A DNA stretch of 25,287 nt from positions 1 through 25,287 of the IMG/VR virus record IMGVR_UViG_3300033067_000245; one strand, 5' to 3'. The DNA comes from a virus. Its lineage: Duplodnaviria > Caudoviricetes. The notes under the pieces are model-generated. The model did no database searches and was not told the origin of the DNA. It saw only the letters and a list, made by a program, of their open reading frames with translations. Made by a program: the position numbers and the translations under genes. Shown in pieces: positions 14,702 through 24,253 of this stretch; positions within the stretch are counted from its first letter, which is position 1, and each line of letters begins with the position of its first letter.

Positions 14702-15919
14702 ATGGGTAATGGAAAAGACCGTATTACTACGGAAATTGATTTAGATTCAATCGGTACAGTTGATTCTGTATTTGAATCGGCTAAAGAAGAAAAAGTAATT
14801 GAAGACGACACTGTAGACAGTGTTCTTGTCGATACAATGGAGCCTCAAAGTGAAGAGCAAGTCGAAGACCAAACGTCTGACGAAGAAGTCGGCGTCGAAA
14901 TTACCCCCTCAACAGAAACGTCTGAAAGCTCTTCTCGACAAGAAGAGACGTCAGCAACCGAAGGGAACCAAGAAGACACAGCCGACAAAAAGAAAAGCCG
15001 TCGTTCTCAAGACAGAATTAGACAGCTTGCTAACAGTAAACGCCAAATTGAAGCCAAGTATCAGCAAGCCGAACTCCTTGCCAGTAAAGCTCTTGAACGT
15101 GTTCAACAACTTGAAAAAGAAAATTTTGAGTTCCGTAACAAGAACCTAGAGACGGAAACAACCCTCTACCAAAAAGAGGTAGATAAGGCGAAACAGGCCC
15201 TCGCTAGAGCTTACGAAGAATCAGACTACACGGCTATCTCTGAAGCGCAAGCTACCCTAAATGATGCCCAACTTAATCTGAAACTCGCTACCGCTAAAAA
15301 GTCGAACGCATCGACTACAGATAAATCCCAAGAAGCTGTAGAAAGAATTGTCAACGAAGCCGTTGCACAATCTTCACAGTTTGTTCCAAGCAACAATAAC
15401 GTCGAAGATGATTTCTCAGATGAATCAAATGAGAAAAATGCTAAGGCTATTTCTTGGGTTAAGAGTAACGCCTTCATTTTAGGTAAACCCGAAATACAAG
15501 ACACGGCTACGGGGGTTTTTGAAAGCCTTCAAGCAGAAGGCTATTCTCCTACATCCGAAGAGTTCTTTGAGGAATTAGAAGACCGATTAGGTATTGTTCA
15601 CCCTGAACTAGTACGTTGGTTCGACAAACGTCGTTCTAAAGCTGGTCCTAAAAAAGAAGAGACGCAAACACCTAGTAAAAAATCCCAAGACATGGCACCA
15701 CCGTCAGCACAGGCTTCCCAAACTGTCGGTACGGGTGGAGAAAAACCACAAGGACGTCCTCAAGTAACGGTTAGAAACGGTAAAACGTACATTAACCCGA
15801 CACAAAGAGACGTCGACATGGCCAATCGCTTAGGAATCCCTGTTAAAGACTACCTAGTAGAGAAACTAAAGTACGAAAAGGGTCTAAAAGAGGGTAAAAG
15901 AACTACGTCTATCTTCTAA
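14702..15919 (+). CDS. Putative capsid scaffolding protein
   Basis: Acidic N-terminus, 'QDRIRQL' coiled coil, C-terminal 'MANRLGIPVKDY' helix-turn-helix, located between portal and MCP. GGAG RBS. Confidence 0.75.
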   Translation: MGNGKDRITTEIDLDSIGTVDSVFESAKEEKVIEDDTVDSVLVDTMEPQSEEQVEDQTSDEEVGVEITPSTETSESSSRQEETSATEGNQEDTADKKKSRRSQDRIRQLANSKRQIEAKYQQAELLASKALERVQQLEKENFEFRNKNLETETTLYQKEVDKAKQALARAYEESDYTAISEAQATLNDAQLNLKLATAKKSNASTTDKSQEAVERIVNEAVAQSSQFVPSNNNVEDDFSDESNEKNAKAISWVKSNAFILGKPEIQDTATGVFESLQAEGYSPTSEEFFEELEDRLGIVHPELVRWFDKRRSKAGPKKEETQTPSKKSQDMAPPSAQASQTVGTGGEKPQGRPQVTVRNGKTYINPTQRDVDMANRLGIPVKDYLVEKLKYEKGLKEGKRTTSIF

Positions 15920-15965
15920 AAGAACAACACACTAACCCCCCTATTCAACCAATTCAAGAAAGAAG

Positions 15966-16514
15966 TTGCCTACAATGACTAAAAAAACTTTAGACCTGTC
16001 GCAAAAACAGAACCCAAGAGCCTTCAAAGAACGTGCCTCGACGTATCTCCGTCGTGATACGATGGAACTACCCCCTGAAGTAGTCGAACGCTTTGCAGCC
16101 GACGGTTATACTCTCCGTTGGGTCCGTTCCAATTTAGGTGTCGGTGGTCCCGCTGACATTAAAAACCTGGGACGCCGAGCTATGATGGGTTATGTTCCTG
16201 TCACAATCTCGGAAGTTCCTGAGTTTGCCCCCTTTTCGACACGTCGAGACGTCAATCTTCCTGGGATGGCCGAAGCCTTCTCGTACACGGACGTCATCTC
16301 CCAAGGGGACGTTATTTTGATGAAATGTCCTGTTGAGTACGTCCAAGAATACCGCGACGACTCCTTACGTCGTGCCGAGTTAGAGAATAATGCCGTAAGC
16401 CGTAAGGCCCAAAGAGAGGGCTTAATGGACGAAAGCAGCACCCACATCACCCAAGGTGGTAGAACAATCTCTCCAAGACGAGGTAAAACCGTCTCCTTTG
16501 CCTCGGACGAATAA
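15966..16514 (+). CDS. Conserved head-module hypothetical protein (start may be ATG 15975)
   Basis: GYTLRWVR...G..D.KN...GY.PV...GDVILMKCP.E pattern, recalled from genes upstream of podovirus capsid genes. Confidence 0.8.
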   Translation: MPTMTKKTLDLSQKQNPRAFKERASTYLRRDTMELPPEVVERFAADGYTLRWVRSNLGVGGPADIKNLGRRAMMGYVPVTISEVPEFAPFSTRRDVNLPGMAEAFSYTDVISQGDVILMKCPVEYVQEYRDDSLRRAELENNAVSRKAQREGLMDESSTHITQGGRTISPRRGKTVSFASDE

Positions 16515-16560
16515 AACCACAAAAAATAATTTTGTTAAATAAGACATTTTACTTATACTT

Positions 16561-16602
16561 AAGTCAGTTAGACCTCAATCCCGATGTTTAACTGACTTTT
16601 TT
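16561..16602 (+). other. Stem-loop with T-run upstream of the capsid genes (5' hairpin or terminator/attenuator)
   Basis: AAGTCAGTTA (16561-16570) / TAACTGACTT (16589-16598) followed by TTTT, directly after TTGTTA-N16-TATACT. Confidence 0.55.
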
Positions 16603-16622
16603 CTATATTGGAGAGAAAAAAT

Positions 16623-17180
16623 ATGGCTCAAGGCTTAAAATCAAGCCGCAAAGCTGGTGGTGCCTATAATAGTGCTGGCCTTAACGTTTATCGTTCGGCT
16701 AACAGCTATGGTACCGCTCTTTTTGCTGGCGACCCTGTAACTCTGTCGGCTGGCAACATTGTTCGTGCCGCTAACGGTGACAAAGTAATCGGTGCTGCTG
16801 TTGGTTTCGTCTACATCGACGCTAACAAAAACACTATCTACACCTCGTATTTACCAGCTTCGACTTCTTCGAGCGGTACCTTGGAAGGCGACGCCCGTCC
16901 TTTGGTTTTGGTAGACGACAACCCTACCTCGACGTTCACTATCCCTGCTGCTAACGCTTTGGTTGTTTCGGCTGGTCAAATCGGTCTGTACGCTGCCGTA
17001 TCTATCGGCGCTGGCGACACGAACGCAAAACGCTCGAACGCAGTTGTTAACGCTACTGTAACGTCTTTGGACCAGTCGATGTTCCGTATCGTTGGTTTGG
17101 TTCAAACACCAGGTAACGTCTACGATGTATCGGCCCAAATGCTTGAAGTCGTTTTCTCTAACCACGCACTGAAAGCCTAA
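16623..17180 (+). CDS. Putative capsid decoration/cement protein
   Basis: Small Ala/Gly/Val-rich beta-type protein (LFAGDPV...IG...G..Y...VDDNP) just upstream of the MCP. GGAGAG RBS favours ATG 16623. Confidence 0.7.
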   Translation: MAQGLKSSRKAGGAYNSAGLNVYRSANSYGTALFAGDPVTLSAGNIVRAANGDKVIGAAVGFVYIDANKNTIYTSYLPASTSSSGTLEGDARPLVLVDDNPTSTFTIPAANALVVSAGQIGLYAAVSIGAGDTNAKRSNAVVNATVTSLDQSMFRIVGLVQTPGNVYDVSAQMLEVVFSNHALKA

Positions 17181-17192
17181 GGAAGGTAACAA

Positions 17193-18116
17193 ATGACAAT
17201 TTCACGCAGTCAAATAGCTAAAGAACTCGTCCCAGGTCTTAATAAAGTCCTTGGTATGAGCTACAAGGCCGTCACTGAAGAGCACTTGCCGATGTATCAA
17301 ATCGAGACATCGAACCGTGCTTTTGAAGAGATGGTAATGATGTCTGGTTTAGGTGCCGCACCAACCAAAGGTGAAGGTGCTGCTATCCAGTACGACGACA
17401 TGCAAGAAACCTACACAGCGACGTTCCGTCACGAAACGACCGCTTTGGGTTTTGCTATCACTAAAGAAGCATTCGACGATAACCTGTACGATACGTTCTC
17501 GAAAGCCCGTGCTCAAGCTCTGGGTCGCTCGATGGCGCACACCAAACAGGTTAAAGCCGCTGCTTTGTTCAACAACGGTTTCTCGACCAGCTACCCAATC
17601 GGCGACGGTGCAGCATTCTTCTCGGCTGCTCACCCGACTTCTAGCGGTAACCAAAACAACACAGCTTCGACCGACTTCTCGGAAAGCACGTTGGAATCGG
17701 CTCTTATCGCTATTAGCCAGTTCAAAGATGACCGCGGTATCCTGATTGGTGCCAAAGCTCAGAAACTGATTGTTCCTGCTGACCTGTCCTTCACAGTTCC
17801 TAAGGTCCTTCACACGTCGCAAACGACTACAACTGCGACGAACAGTGGCGGTATCACGAACCTGAACGACATCAACGCTGTGAACTATCTGAGTGCTGTT
17901 CCTGGTGGTTACGCTGTTAACCGCTACTTGACAGACGCTGACGCATGGTTCATCCGTACAGACGTTCCGAACGGTGCTATTATGTTCGTTCGTCAAAAAC
18001 TGGAATCGGATGCCGAAGGCGACTTCGATACAGGTAACATGCGCTACAAAGCTACCGAGCGTTTCAGCTTCGGTGTGGGCGATTGGCGCGGTTATTGGGG
18101 TTCGCAAGGTGCTTAA
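17193..18116 (+). CDS. Major capsid protein (HK97-fold, Mu gpT-like family)
   Basis: MxISRSQxxKELxPGL, SNRAFEE, KGEGAAIxYD, KLIVP, YLTDxDAWF, DFDTGNxRYKAxERxSFGxxDWR motifs. Strong codon bias, AAGGAAGGT RBS, terminator downstream. Confidence 0.93.
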   Translation: MTISRSQIAKELVPGLNKVLGMSYKAVTEEHLPMYQIETSNRAFEEMVMMSGLGAAPTKGEGAAIQYDDMQETYTATFRHETTALGFAITKEAFDDNLYDTFSKARAQALGRSMAHTKQVKAAALFNNGFSTSYPIGDGAAFFSAAHPTSSGNQNNTASTDFSESTLESALIAISQFKDDRGILIGAKAQKLIVPADLSFTVPKVLHTSQTTTTATNSGGITNLNDINAVNYLSAVPGGYAVNRYLTDADAWFIRTDVPNGAIMFVRQKLESDAEGDFDTGNMRYKATERFSFGVGDWRGYWGSQGA

Positions 18117-18143
18117 CCTCAGCTTTTAAAGTAATACAAGAAG

Positions 18144-18171
18144 AGGCCCCCCTTCGTTTGGGGGCCTTTTT
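18144..18171 (+). terminator. Rho-independent terminator after the MCP
   Basis: AGGCCCCC-cttcgttt-GGGGGCCT followed by TTTT. Confidence 0.85.
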
Positions 18172-18243
18172 ATGTTACAATAATTATACTTGCCTTTTCC
18201 ATATTTATAGTTACAATGACGAGAGAGAGCGACGGATTCCTTA

Positions 18244-18897
18244 ATGACAACGACTTTTTCCCTTGATGTAACTGAAATAACCCGCCAGGCGTATCTCCGT
18301 ATCGGCGGAGAACCTACGACGGGTCAAAATGCCAGAGACGCCAGAACAGCCCTAAACCTCCTATTTTTAGATATGGCTAATAGAGGTTCCCCTCTGGCGA
18401 AGGTCGAGTTGAAGACCAAGACAATCGCTGAAGGCGATACTAGTGTCACCTTAGACCAAGAGGATTCTGACGTCCTGGACGTTACCATCTCGTATCAAAA
18501 CACAGACATACCGATGACCCGATTGGGTTTGGAACAATTTAATCATATTCCTAATAAGAACCAACAGGCCCGTCCAACCCAGTTCGCTGTTGTACGTAGT
18601 ACGGACTCCGTACAACTTAAACTTTGGCCTAAATCTGACGATACATACACCTTATCGTATTACTCGATTGTACGGTTTGAGGATGTTACAGGTCCGAGAG
18701 ATTCCGTAGATATTAACGACAGATACTTGCCAGCAGTTATTTCTGGCCTGTCGTGGTACTTAAGTTTTAATGATAAAGATTTCCCTTTAGACAAAAGAGA
18801 TAAGTTGGAACAAAGGTTCGAACAAGAATTAGATAGAGCAAGAGTAGAAGACCAAGAACGTGTTTCCTTAGAAATCGTACCTTTCAATTACAAATAG
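18244..18897 (+). CDS. Putative head-to-tail adaptor protein
   Basis: ARTALNLLF..M.NRG, IPNK..Q.RPTQF, LWP and YLPA..SGL..YL motifs, first gene after the MCP. Confidence 0.75.
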   Translation: MTTTFSLDVTEITRQAYLRIGGEPTTGQNARDARTALNLLFLDMANRGSPLAKVELKTKTIAEGDTSVTLDQEDSDVLDVTISYQNTDIPMTRLGLEQFNHIPNKNQQARPTQFAVVRSTDSVQLKLWPKSDDTYTLSYYSIVRFEDVTGPRDSVDINDRYLPAVISGLSWYLSFNDKDFPLDKRDKLEQRFEQELDRARVEDQERVSLEIVPFNYK

Positions 18898-18913
18898 AGG
18901 ACTTTTATTTTTT

Positions 18914-19219
18914 ATGAGTAGACGGAGAAAAGGTAGACAAGCAAGGTTTATTTGCGACAGAACGGGACGAGAATTTCCCTACTCTGAAGCTGTGAAGGAA
19001 CCAGGTACAGGGTACGTAGTCGCTAAAAGATATTCGGACGGCATGTACAACCTCGTTGACCACCCACAAAATAAACCAGCGAAGTTTCGTCGGGAGAGCG
19101 TCCCCCTACCTCTCATGCGTCCTGATATTAATCAAGCTGACGAGGCTAGTTTGTTGTCGTACTCTTCAACTTTAACAGATTATATTTCCGACGAACACGG
19201 AAATAATATATATTACTAA
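18914..19219 (+). CDS. Conserved neck-module hypothetical protein (degenerate Zn-ribbon-like)
   Basis: ICDRTG..FPY...E.G..V...HPQ...RPD pattern. Confidence 0.75.
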   Translation: MSRRRKGRQARFICDRTGREFPYSEAVKEPGTGYVVAKRYSDGMYNLVDHPQNKPAKFRRESVPLPLMRPDINQADEASLLSYSSTLTDYISDEHGNNIYY

Positions 19220-19239
19220 TATAGAGATAGGTATTAAAA

Positions 19240-20511
19240 ATGTCTGACGGTGTTTTAATTTACGCGGGAAGCGGGTTCAACCAGGTAGTGGAGGTCTCTA
19301 CTACCGATACCCTGCTATTGAACGTAAACGGAGTAGTCAAAAAAGCGGCTACATCTCAAATGCCCGTTACCGCTGCCCAACAAGCTATTGTCACGTCTGT
19401 AGATGACCGTGTTACTTCCGTAGATGCTTACTTTAAGAACCAAGTTAGTGTCTTAGGGGATAGGGTAACGTCTGTAAAATCTGACCTTACCAACCAAACC
19501 TCAGTATTCAATGCGGCCTTTACTTCTGTTGAGAATAGAATTAATGGTGTTTCCGCAGCCATTCGAACCAAACTAGTCTCCCTAGCGGATACTTCCCTCG
19601 CTGTTTCAGTCGGAGCTGGTGGTTTAGTCGTTCAATATGATTCCGCTCAACAGAAATTCGTCCTTGCTTCCGTAGGTGGCGGCGGTGGGGGAGATATTGC
19701 TTCAGTCAACAACCGAGTTACTTCTGTTGATTCATATTTCCTGAACCAAGTTTCCGTTATCAATGCGGCTATTGTTTCTACCAACAACGTCGTATCGAAT
19801 GCTTCCTCAGTAAATAATGCTGCTCTCGTCTCAATAGAATCCCGTATTAACGGTGTTTCTGTATTGGTGAATGCCGTCTCTGCCGACCTAACATCTGTTA
19901 AAAACGTAGTGTCGAACAACACGTCGGTCAATAACGCAGCACACGTATCTTTGGAATCACGTATCAATGCCGTATCTGTTCTCGTCGCTGCCGTAAGTGC
20001 TGACTTAACTTCCGTTAAAAACGTAGTTTCAAATACTACTTCCGTAAATAACGCTGCACACACTTCCCTTCAGGCGCAGATTAACGTTGTATCTAACGCA
20101 GCCTCCGCTGCCGATGCACGTGTAACATCCGTAGACATCTACTTTAAAAACCAAATTAGTGTAGTCGATGCCCGCGTAACTTCTGTCGCTACAACTAACT
20201 TCTCTGGTTACTATGAATCTTCACAGACAAGTATTACGACTGGGGTTACAGTAGAGTTCACACATTCACTAGGGACGGTTCCTAAACTTGTTCACGTAAC
20301 GGGTCTATTCGTTTCTGCTCAAGGAACTTATCGAGCTAACGAATACTTCGATATTTATGGCTACAACGCTGGTGCCGTTAACCCGACTAATGCTTGGGTT
20401 AAATGGGACGCTACAAAAGTTTACGTCATGATTACAGCTAACGGTATCTTAGAAAACGGTACGGCTGCTCTCGATAGAAACGTAAGAATGATTGCAAAGG
20501 CGTGGAAGTAA
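19240..20511 (+). CDS. Tail fibre-like protein with a Val/Ser/Asn-rich coiled-coil shaft
   Basis: Repeated (D/N)RVTSV and 39-aa VSADLTSVKNVVSN... units, poly-Gly hinge, C-terminal 'HSLGTVP' globular domain. Confidence 0.75.
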   Translation: MSDGVLIYAGSGFNQVVEVSTTDTLLLNVNGVVKKAATSQMPVTAAQQAIVTSVDDRVTSVDAYFKNQVSVLGDRVTSVKSDLTNQTSVFNAAFTSVENRINGVSAAIRTKLVSLADTSLAVSVGAGGLVVQYDSAQQKFVLASVGGGGGGDIASVNNRVTSVDSYFLNQVSVINAAIVSTNNVVSNASSVNNAALVSIESRINGVSVLVNAVSADLTSVKNVVSNNTSVNNAAHVSLESRINAVSVLVAAVSADLTSVKNVVSNTTSVNNAAHTSLQAQINVVSNAASAADARVTSVDIYFKNQISVVDARVTSVATTNFSGYYESSQTSITTGVTVEFTHSLGTVPKLVHVTGLFVSAQGTYRANEYFDIYGYNAGAVNPTNAWVKWDATKVYVMITANGILENGTAALDRNVRMIAKAWK

Positions 20512-20780
20512 TGGCTACTACAACATCTAACCCTAAAAGAGTTTCTTTGACCAAGAAGGACAAAAACCCGTCAGGTGGACTGTCTGCTTCGGGTCGTCGT
20601 AAATATAACAATGCTACAGGAAGTAATTTAAAGCCCCCTGTGTCGGCGTCTCAAGCTAAAAAATCACCCAAAGCCGCAGCCAGACGAAAATCATTTTGTG
20701 CGCGTATGACAGGGGTTAAAGGGCCTATGAAAGATTCTAAAGGACGACCAACAAGAAAGGCTCTGGCCTTAAGGAAATGA
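20511..20780 (+). CDS. Small basic protein resembling DUF6321 family, possibly truncated by a TGA at a conserved Trp
   Basis: KNPSGGL.ASGR..YN...GSNLK.P...RRKSFCARM...ALRK. TAATG coupling places the start at 20511. Confidence 0.8.
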   Translation: MATTTSNPKRVSLTKKDKNPSGGLSASGRRKYNNATGSNLKPPVSASQAKKSPKAAARRKSFCARMTGVKGPMKDSKGRPTRKALALRK

Positions 20781-20792
20781 GATTGCTAGAAC

Positions 20793-21455
20793 ATGACGAT
20801 ACCTAACACCTACGACAATCTGACACTAGCCATTCAAGAAGAGCTTGAAGACACGTCTTCGGAGTTCGTAACTTATATCCCTACGGCAATCTTTAATGCA
20901 GAGCAACGTATTAATCGAGATGTCGATGGTTTGTTTAATAAATATGTTACGACGGTAGCTGTTACTGGTTACAACCGAGAGGTCTCTAAACCTACGGGAC
21001 ACAAGCTGACGTACACCGTAAACGTATTATCGAATAACACGCTAACTCCTCTTAAAAAGAAATCAGAGTGTTTTATTGATGATTACTGGCCTAATATAAC
21101 TTCGGTAGGTACCCCAGAGTTCTACGCTGATAAAGATAAGACAACTATCATTGTTGCCCCGACCCCTTCATCGTCGACTAGCTTTGTCTTTTCTTACGCT
21201 AAAACAAACACAGTTCTTTCGTCAGGTAACCAAACAAACCCTATTATTGATTTTTACCCCGACCTTTTGTTTAAAGCCTCTCTTGTCGAACAGGCAAAAT
21301 GTTTCCGTATGACGGATGCACAAGCACTATACGAACAAGATTATCAAACACTATTAGCAGCTATCTCTGAGGAGACAAGACGCGAAAGAACGGATAATAC
21401 CGCACCTAGAGACAGGGCGAACATTGATGAAAATAGAAAGAATAAAGGAGCTTAA
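20793..21455 (+). CDS. Putative second adaptor/tail-tubular-like structural protein
   Basis: TY..L..AI...E....F...IP..I.NAE.RI.R, GTP.FYA, I.VAPTP and PDLL..A.L.E motifs. Confidence 0.75.
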   Translation: MTIPNTYDNLTLAIQEELEDTSSEFVTYIPTAIFNAEQRINRDVDGLFNKYVTTVAVTGYNREVSKPTGHKLTYTVNVLSNNTLTPLKKKSECFIDDYWPNITSVGTPEFYADKDKTTIIVAPTPSSSTSFVFSYAKTNTVLSSGNQTNPIIDFYPDLLFKASLVEQAKCFRMTDAQALYEQDYQTLLAAISEETRRERTDNTAPRDRANIDENRKNKGA

Positions 21456-21460
21456 TCCCC

Positions 21461-22396
21461 ATGACAACTACATACTCTGACAAACTTCGTATTGCTTTAC
21501 AAGGCGACGGAGATAATCCGACAACGTGGGGCGAGGTAGCCAACGAGAGTGTCTTTGAATTGCTTGAAGACGCTATTGCTGGTTATTTAAATCTCGACAT
21601 CAGCGGAAGCTCAAATATAACGTTAACAACAGCTAACGGGGCAACCGACCAAGCTCGAATGGCAATGTTGGAACTTTCGGGTTTCCTTACTGGAAATATC
21701 AACGTCACTATTCCGACGCTAACTAAAACCTATACGGTTAAAACTTCTTTCACTGGAGCTTTCAAACCGACTATTACGACAGGCTCTGGTGCTACCGTAA
21801 CTCTAGAGACAGGTAGAAAAACAACCTTATTCTGTGACGGTACAAACGTCTATGACCTCGGGTTTGATTCATCTTCCTTAGGAGATTTAGCTTACCTGGA
21901 CACGATTACATCGACAGGTCTATTAGGGACAGAAATTGTCACGACGTCAATTATCGCATCACTAGCTGTCACTACTCCTAAGATTGCCAATCAAGCAGTA
22001 ACGAATGAGAAGTTGGCTAATGGTGCTGTAACGACATCGTGTATTGCATCGGGAGCCATTACAGCTTCATTACTTTCCCCCACACTGTTTAGTTCGTCAA
22101 TCGCAGCTACTGGATTCTATACGTTACCTGGTGGTTTCACAGTACAATGGGGAACAACCTCCCTCGCTGCTGAAATGTCTATAGTCACTGTCGCCTTCCC
22201 TATCCCATTTACGACAGTCTATAACGTCACGACAGGTACACAACGCCCTACCACTACTTATGATATTCACAACGACGTACAGATATACGGTGCACCGACT
22301 AACTCTCAAGTTGTTTTCGTCAACCAACAATACTCGGGAAGTGAAGCGTATAATTATCCAATCGTCGCACACTGGCAAGCATTCGGTAAGGTTTAA
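21461..22396 (+). CDS. Tail fibre/baseplate-associated protein
   Basis: N-terminal G.N..TWG..N...L..AI.G anchor, VTTxKIA repeats, C-terminal GFYTLPGGFTVQWG...FPIPF...WQAFG (gp53-like tail-fibre tip). Confidence 0.8.
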   Translation: MTTTYSDKLRIALQGDGDNPTTWGEVANESVFELLEDAIAGYLNLDISGSSNITLTTANGATDQARMAMLELSGFLTGNINVTIPTLTKTYTVKTSFTGAFKPTITTGSGATVTLETGRKTTLFCDGTNVYDLGFDSSSLGDLAYLDTITSTGLLGTEIVTTSIIASLAVTTPKIANQAVTNEKLANGAVTTSCIASGAITASLLSPTLFSSSIAATGFYTLPGGFTVQWGTTSLAAEMSIVTVAFPIPFTTVYNVTTGTQRPTTTYDIHNDVQIYGAPTNSQVVFVNQQYSGSEAYNYPIVAHWQAFGKV

Positions 22397-22409
22397 TGGT
22401 GAATGAGTA

Positions 22410-24251
22410 ATGGCTACCCAAGAAACAACATTAACACCTGTCGACGTTCAGCCAGGGATTAATCGGGACCAAACAGACTACTCGACTAAAGGACAATACG
22501 TCGACGGTCAATGGGTTCGGTTCCGTTCTGGCCGCGCGCAAAAAATGGGTGGCTTTGTTGTTGAACCTATTCACCAAAATGTCGATACGTCTGTCACTAC
22601 CTTTAAGGGTGTTCCACGAATAATCCATTCCTGGGCTGATTTAGAGGAGAAAAAGTGGAGAGCAGTAGGTACACACAATGCCTTACAACTCCAAAAAGAC
22701 GCTACGATTTACGACATTACTCCGATTGAAAGTTCTGTCAGAGCTACAAACTGTCTGACTACTTCAGTTAACTCACCTTACGTCATCGTATCTGATGCTT
22801 CGCATGGACGTCAAGTCGATGATTGGGTAGAAATCATTGCAGCAGCGTCTGTCGGTAACATCACTTTCAATGATGTCGTAGAGGTCGTATCCGTTATCAC
22901 AGCAGATTCATACTTAGTATCATTGAACCGCCTAGCGACAATGACAACAGTACAAGCTGGTGGCTCTGTAGAATTGAATTATCTTCTACCTTCTGGGTAC
23001 GCAAGCAATACTTCCCCGACGGCTGGTTGGGGCGGAGGTTCTTGGGGCACAGTAGGGGTTTCGACGAGTGCTGGTTGGAATAACCCAAGAGGTTCGTCTG
23101 TTCCTAAAAAACTAAGACAATGGTCCTTAGACAACTACGGACAGGATTTACTTGCTTGTCCACGCGGTGGAAGACTTTATGTCTGGACTGTTACGAGTGG
23201 CCCAGAAACCAGAGCTAAACTTGTTTCCGCAAGCCCTTCCGTTATAAACGTTATGTTGGTCTCCGAGCCCTCTCGACATGTTTTAGCCCTAGGTTGTACC
23301 GACTCTTTGGGCGACTATGACCCTCTATTGGTTCGTTGGTCTGACGCAGAGAACTACAATGACTGGACGACTTCCCCAACTTCTGAAGCTGGTGAATTTC
23401 GTCTTAAGGGAGGTTCTTACATCGTAGGAGCTGTCCAATCCTCTAAGGAGATTGTAGTAGTCACAGATAATGCAGCCCATAGAATCAAATACGTCGGTGG
23501 AGACGCTATCTTTGGTTCAGACCAAATCGGTTCTGACGTAGGTTTAGTGTCTCAAAATGCCATTGTCGATATCAATGGTAGAGTCTTGTGGATGGGATAC
23601 AATTCTTTCTTGGACTACGACCAGCGTGTAAGAAAACTAAAATGTACTTTAATTAAAGATACATTCGATTCCGATAGACCTACCAGTTTGAACTTCGCAC
23701 AAAAAGAAAAAGTAGCAGTCGGGGAGAACTCTGAATACTCTGAGGTTATTTGGTTCTACCCAAGCCAGAACTCTATGGAGAACGACAGATACATCATTTA
23801 CAATTATCTGGAAGACTTATGGTACCCTGGTACTATTGAAAGAACGTGTTGGGACGATGTTAACGTATTTGAGAAACCTTACGCAATGGATTCTAGTGGG
23901 GTTCTTTATACACATGAAGAGACACACGACGCTAACGGTACGCCTATTGAGTCGTACATTGAAACAGGTGAAGTCGACATCTCTGACGGCAATCAAATCA
24001 TGTATGTTGATAAATTTATTCCCGATTTTATCTTACCAGACAATAAACCAATTAAAGTTACTTTGTATTTTAGAAAATATCCTGGTGGACCTTACCAAGA
24101 AAAAACCTATACATTCACTAATGCTACTCAATTTATAAATATGCGAGTACGAGGACGACGAGTAAAAGTTCGTTATACAGTGGATGGTTTAGGTTGTGAT
24201 TTCGAGATAGGTTCCCCTGAGTTCGGGATAAAACCAGACGGAGGTCGCTAG
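22410..24251 (+). CDS. Putative tail nozzle/head-stabilisation protein (P22 gp10-like beta-propeller)
   Basis: PGI......Y...G..VDG..VRF..G...K.GG N-terminus, WSLDNYG.DL, VRWSD.E and EVIWFYPS motifs. Confidence 0.75.
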   Translation: MATQETTLTPVDVQPGINRDQTDYSTKGQYVDGQWVRFRSGRAQKMGGFVVEPIHQNVDTSVTTFKGVPRIIHSWADLEEKKWRAVGTHNALQLQKDATIYDITPIESSVRATNCLTTSVNSPYVIVSDASHGRQVDDWVEIIAAASVGNITFNDVVEVVSVITADSYLVSLNRLATMTTVQAGGSVELNYLLPSGYASNTSPTAGWGGGSWGTVGVSTSAGWNNPRGSSVPKKLRQWSLDNYGQDLLACPRGGRLYVWTVTSGPETRAKLVSASPSVINVMLVSEPSRHVLALGCTDSLGDYDPLLVRWSDAENYNDWTTSPTSEAGEFRLKGGSYIVGAVQSSKEIVVVTDNAAHRIKYVGGDAIFGSDQIGSDVGLVSQNAIVDINGRVLWMGYNSFLDYDQRVRKLKCTLIKDTFDSDRPTSLNFAQKEKVAVGENSEYSEVIWFYPSQNSMENDRYIIYNYLEDLWYPGTIERTCWDDVNVFEKPYAMDSSGVLYTHEETHDANGTPIESYIETGEVDISDGNQIMYVDKFIPDFILPDNKPIKVTLYFRKYPGGPYQEKTYTFTNATQFINMRVRGRRVKVRYTVDGLGCDFEIGSPEFGIKPDGGR

Positions 24252-24253
24252 TC

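Noticed and set aside
17349-18107. 252-aa antisense ORF over the MCP, and similar shadow ORFs (8461-8955, 16851-17192, 19647-20063, 3069-3377, 10298-10765)
   Set aside because: Explained by codon bias or low complexity of the real overlapping genes. No RBS or recognisable motifs.
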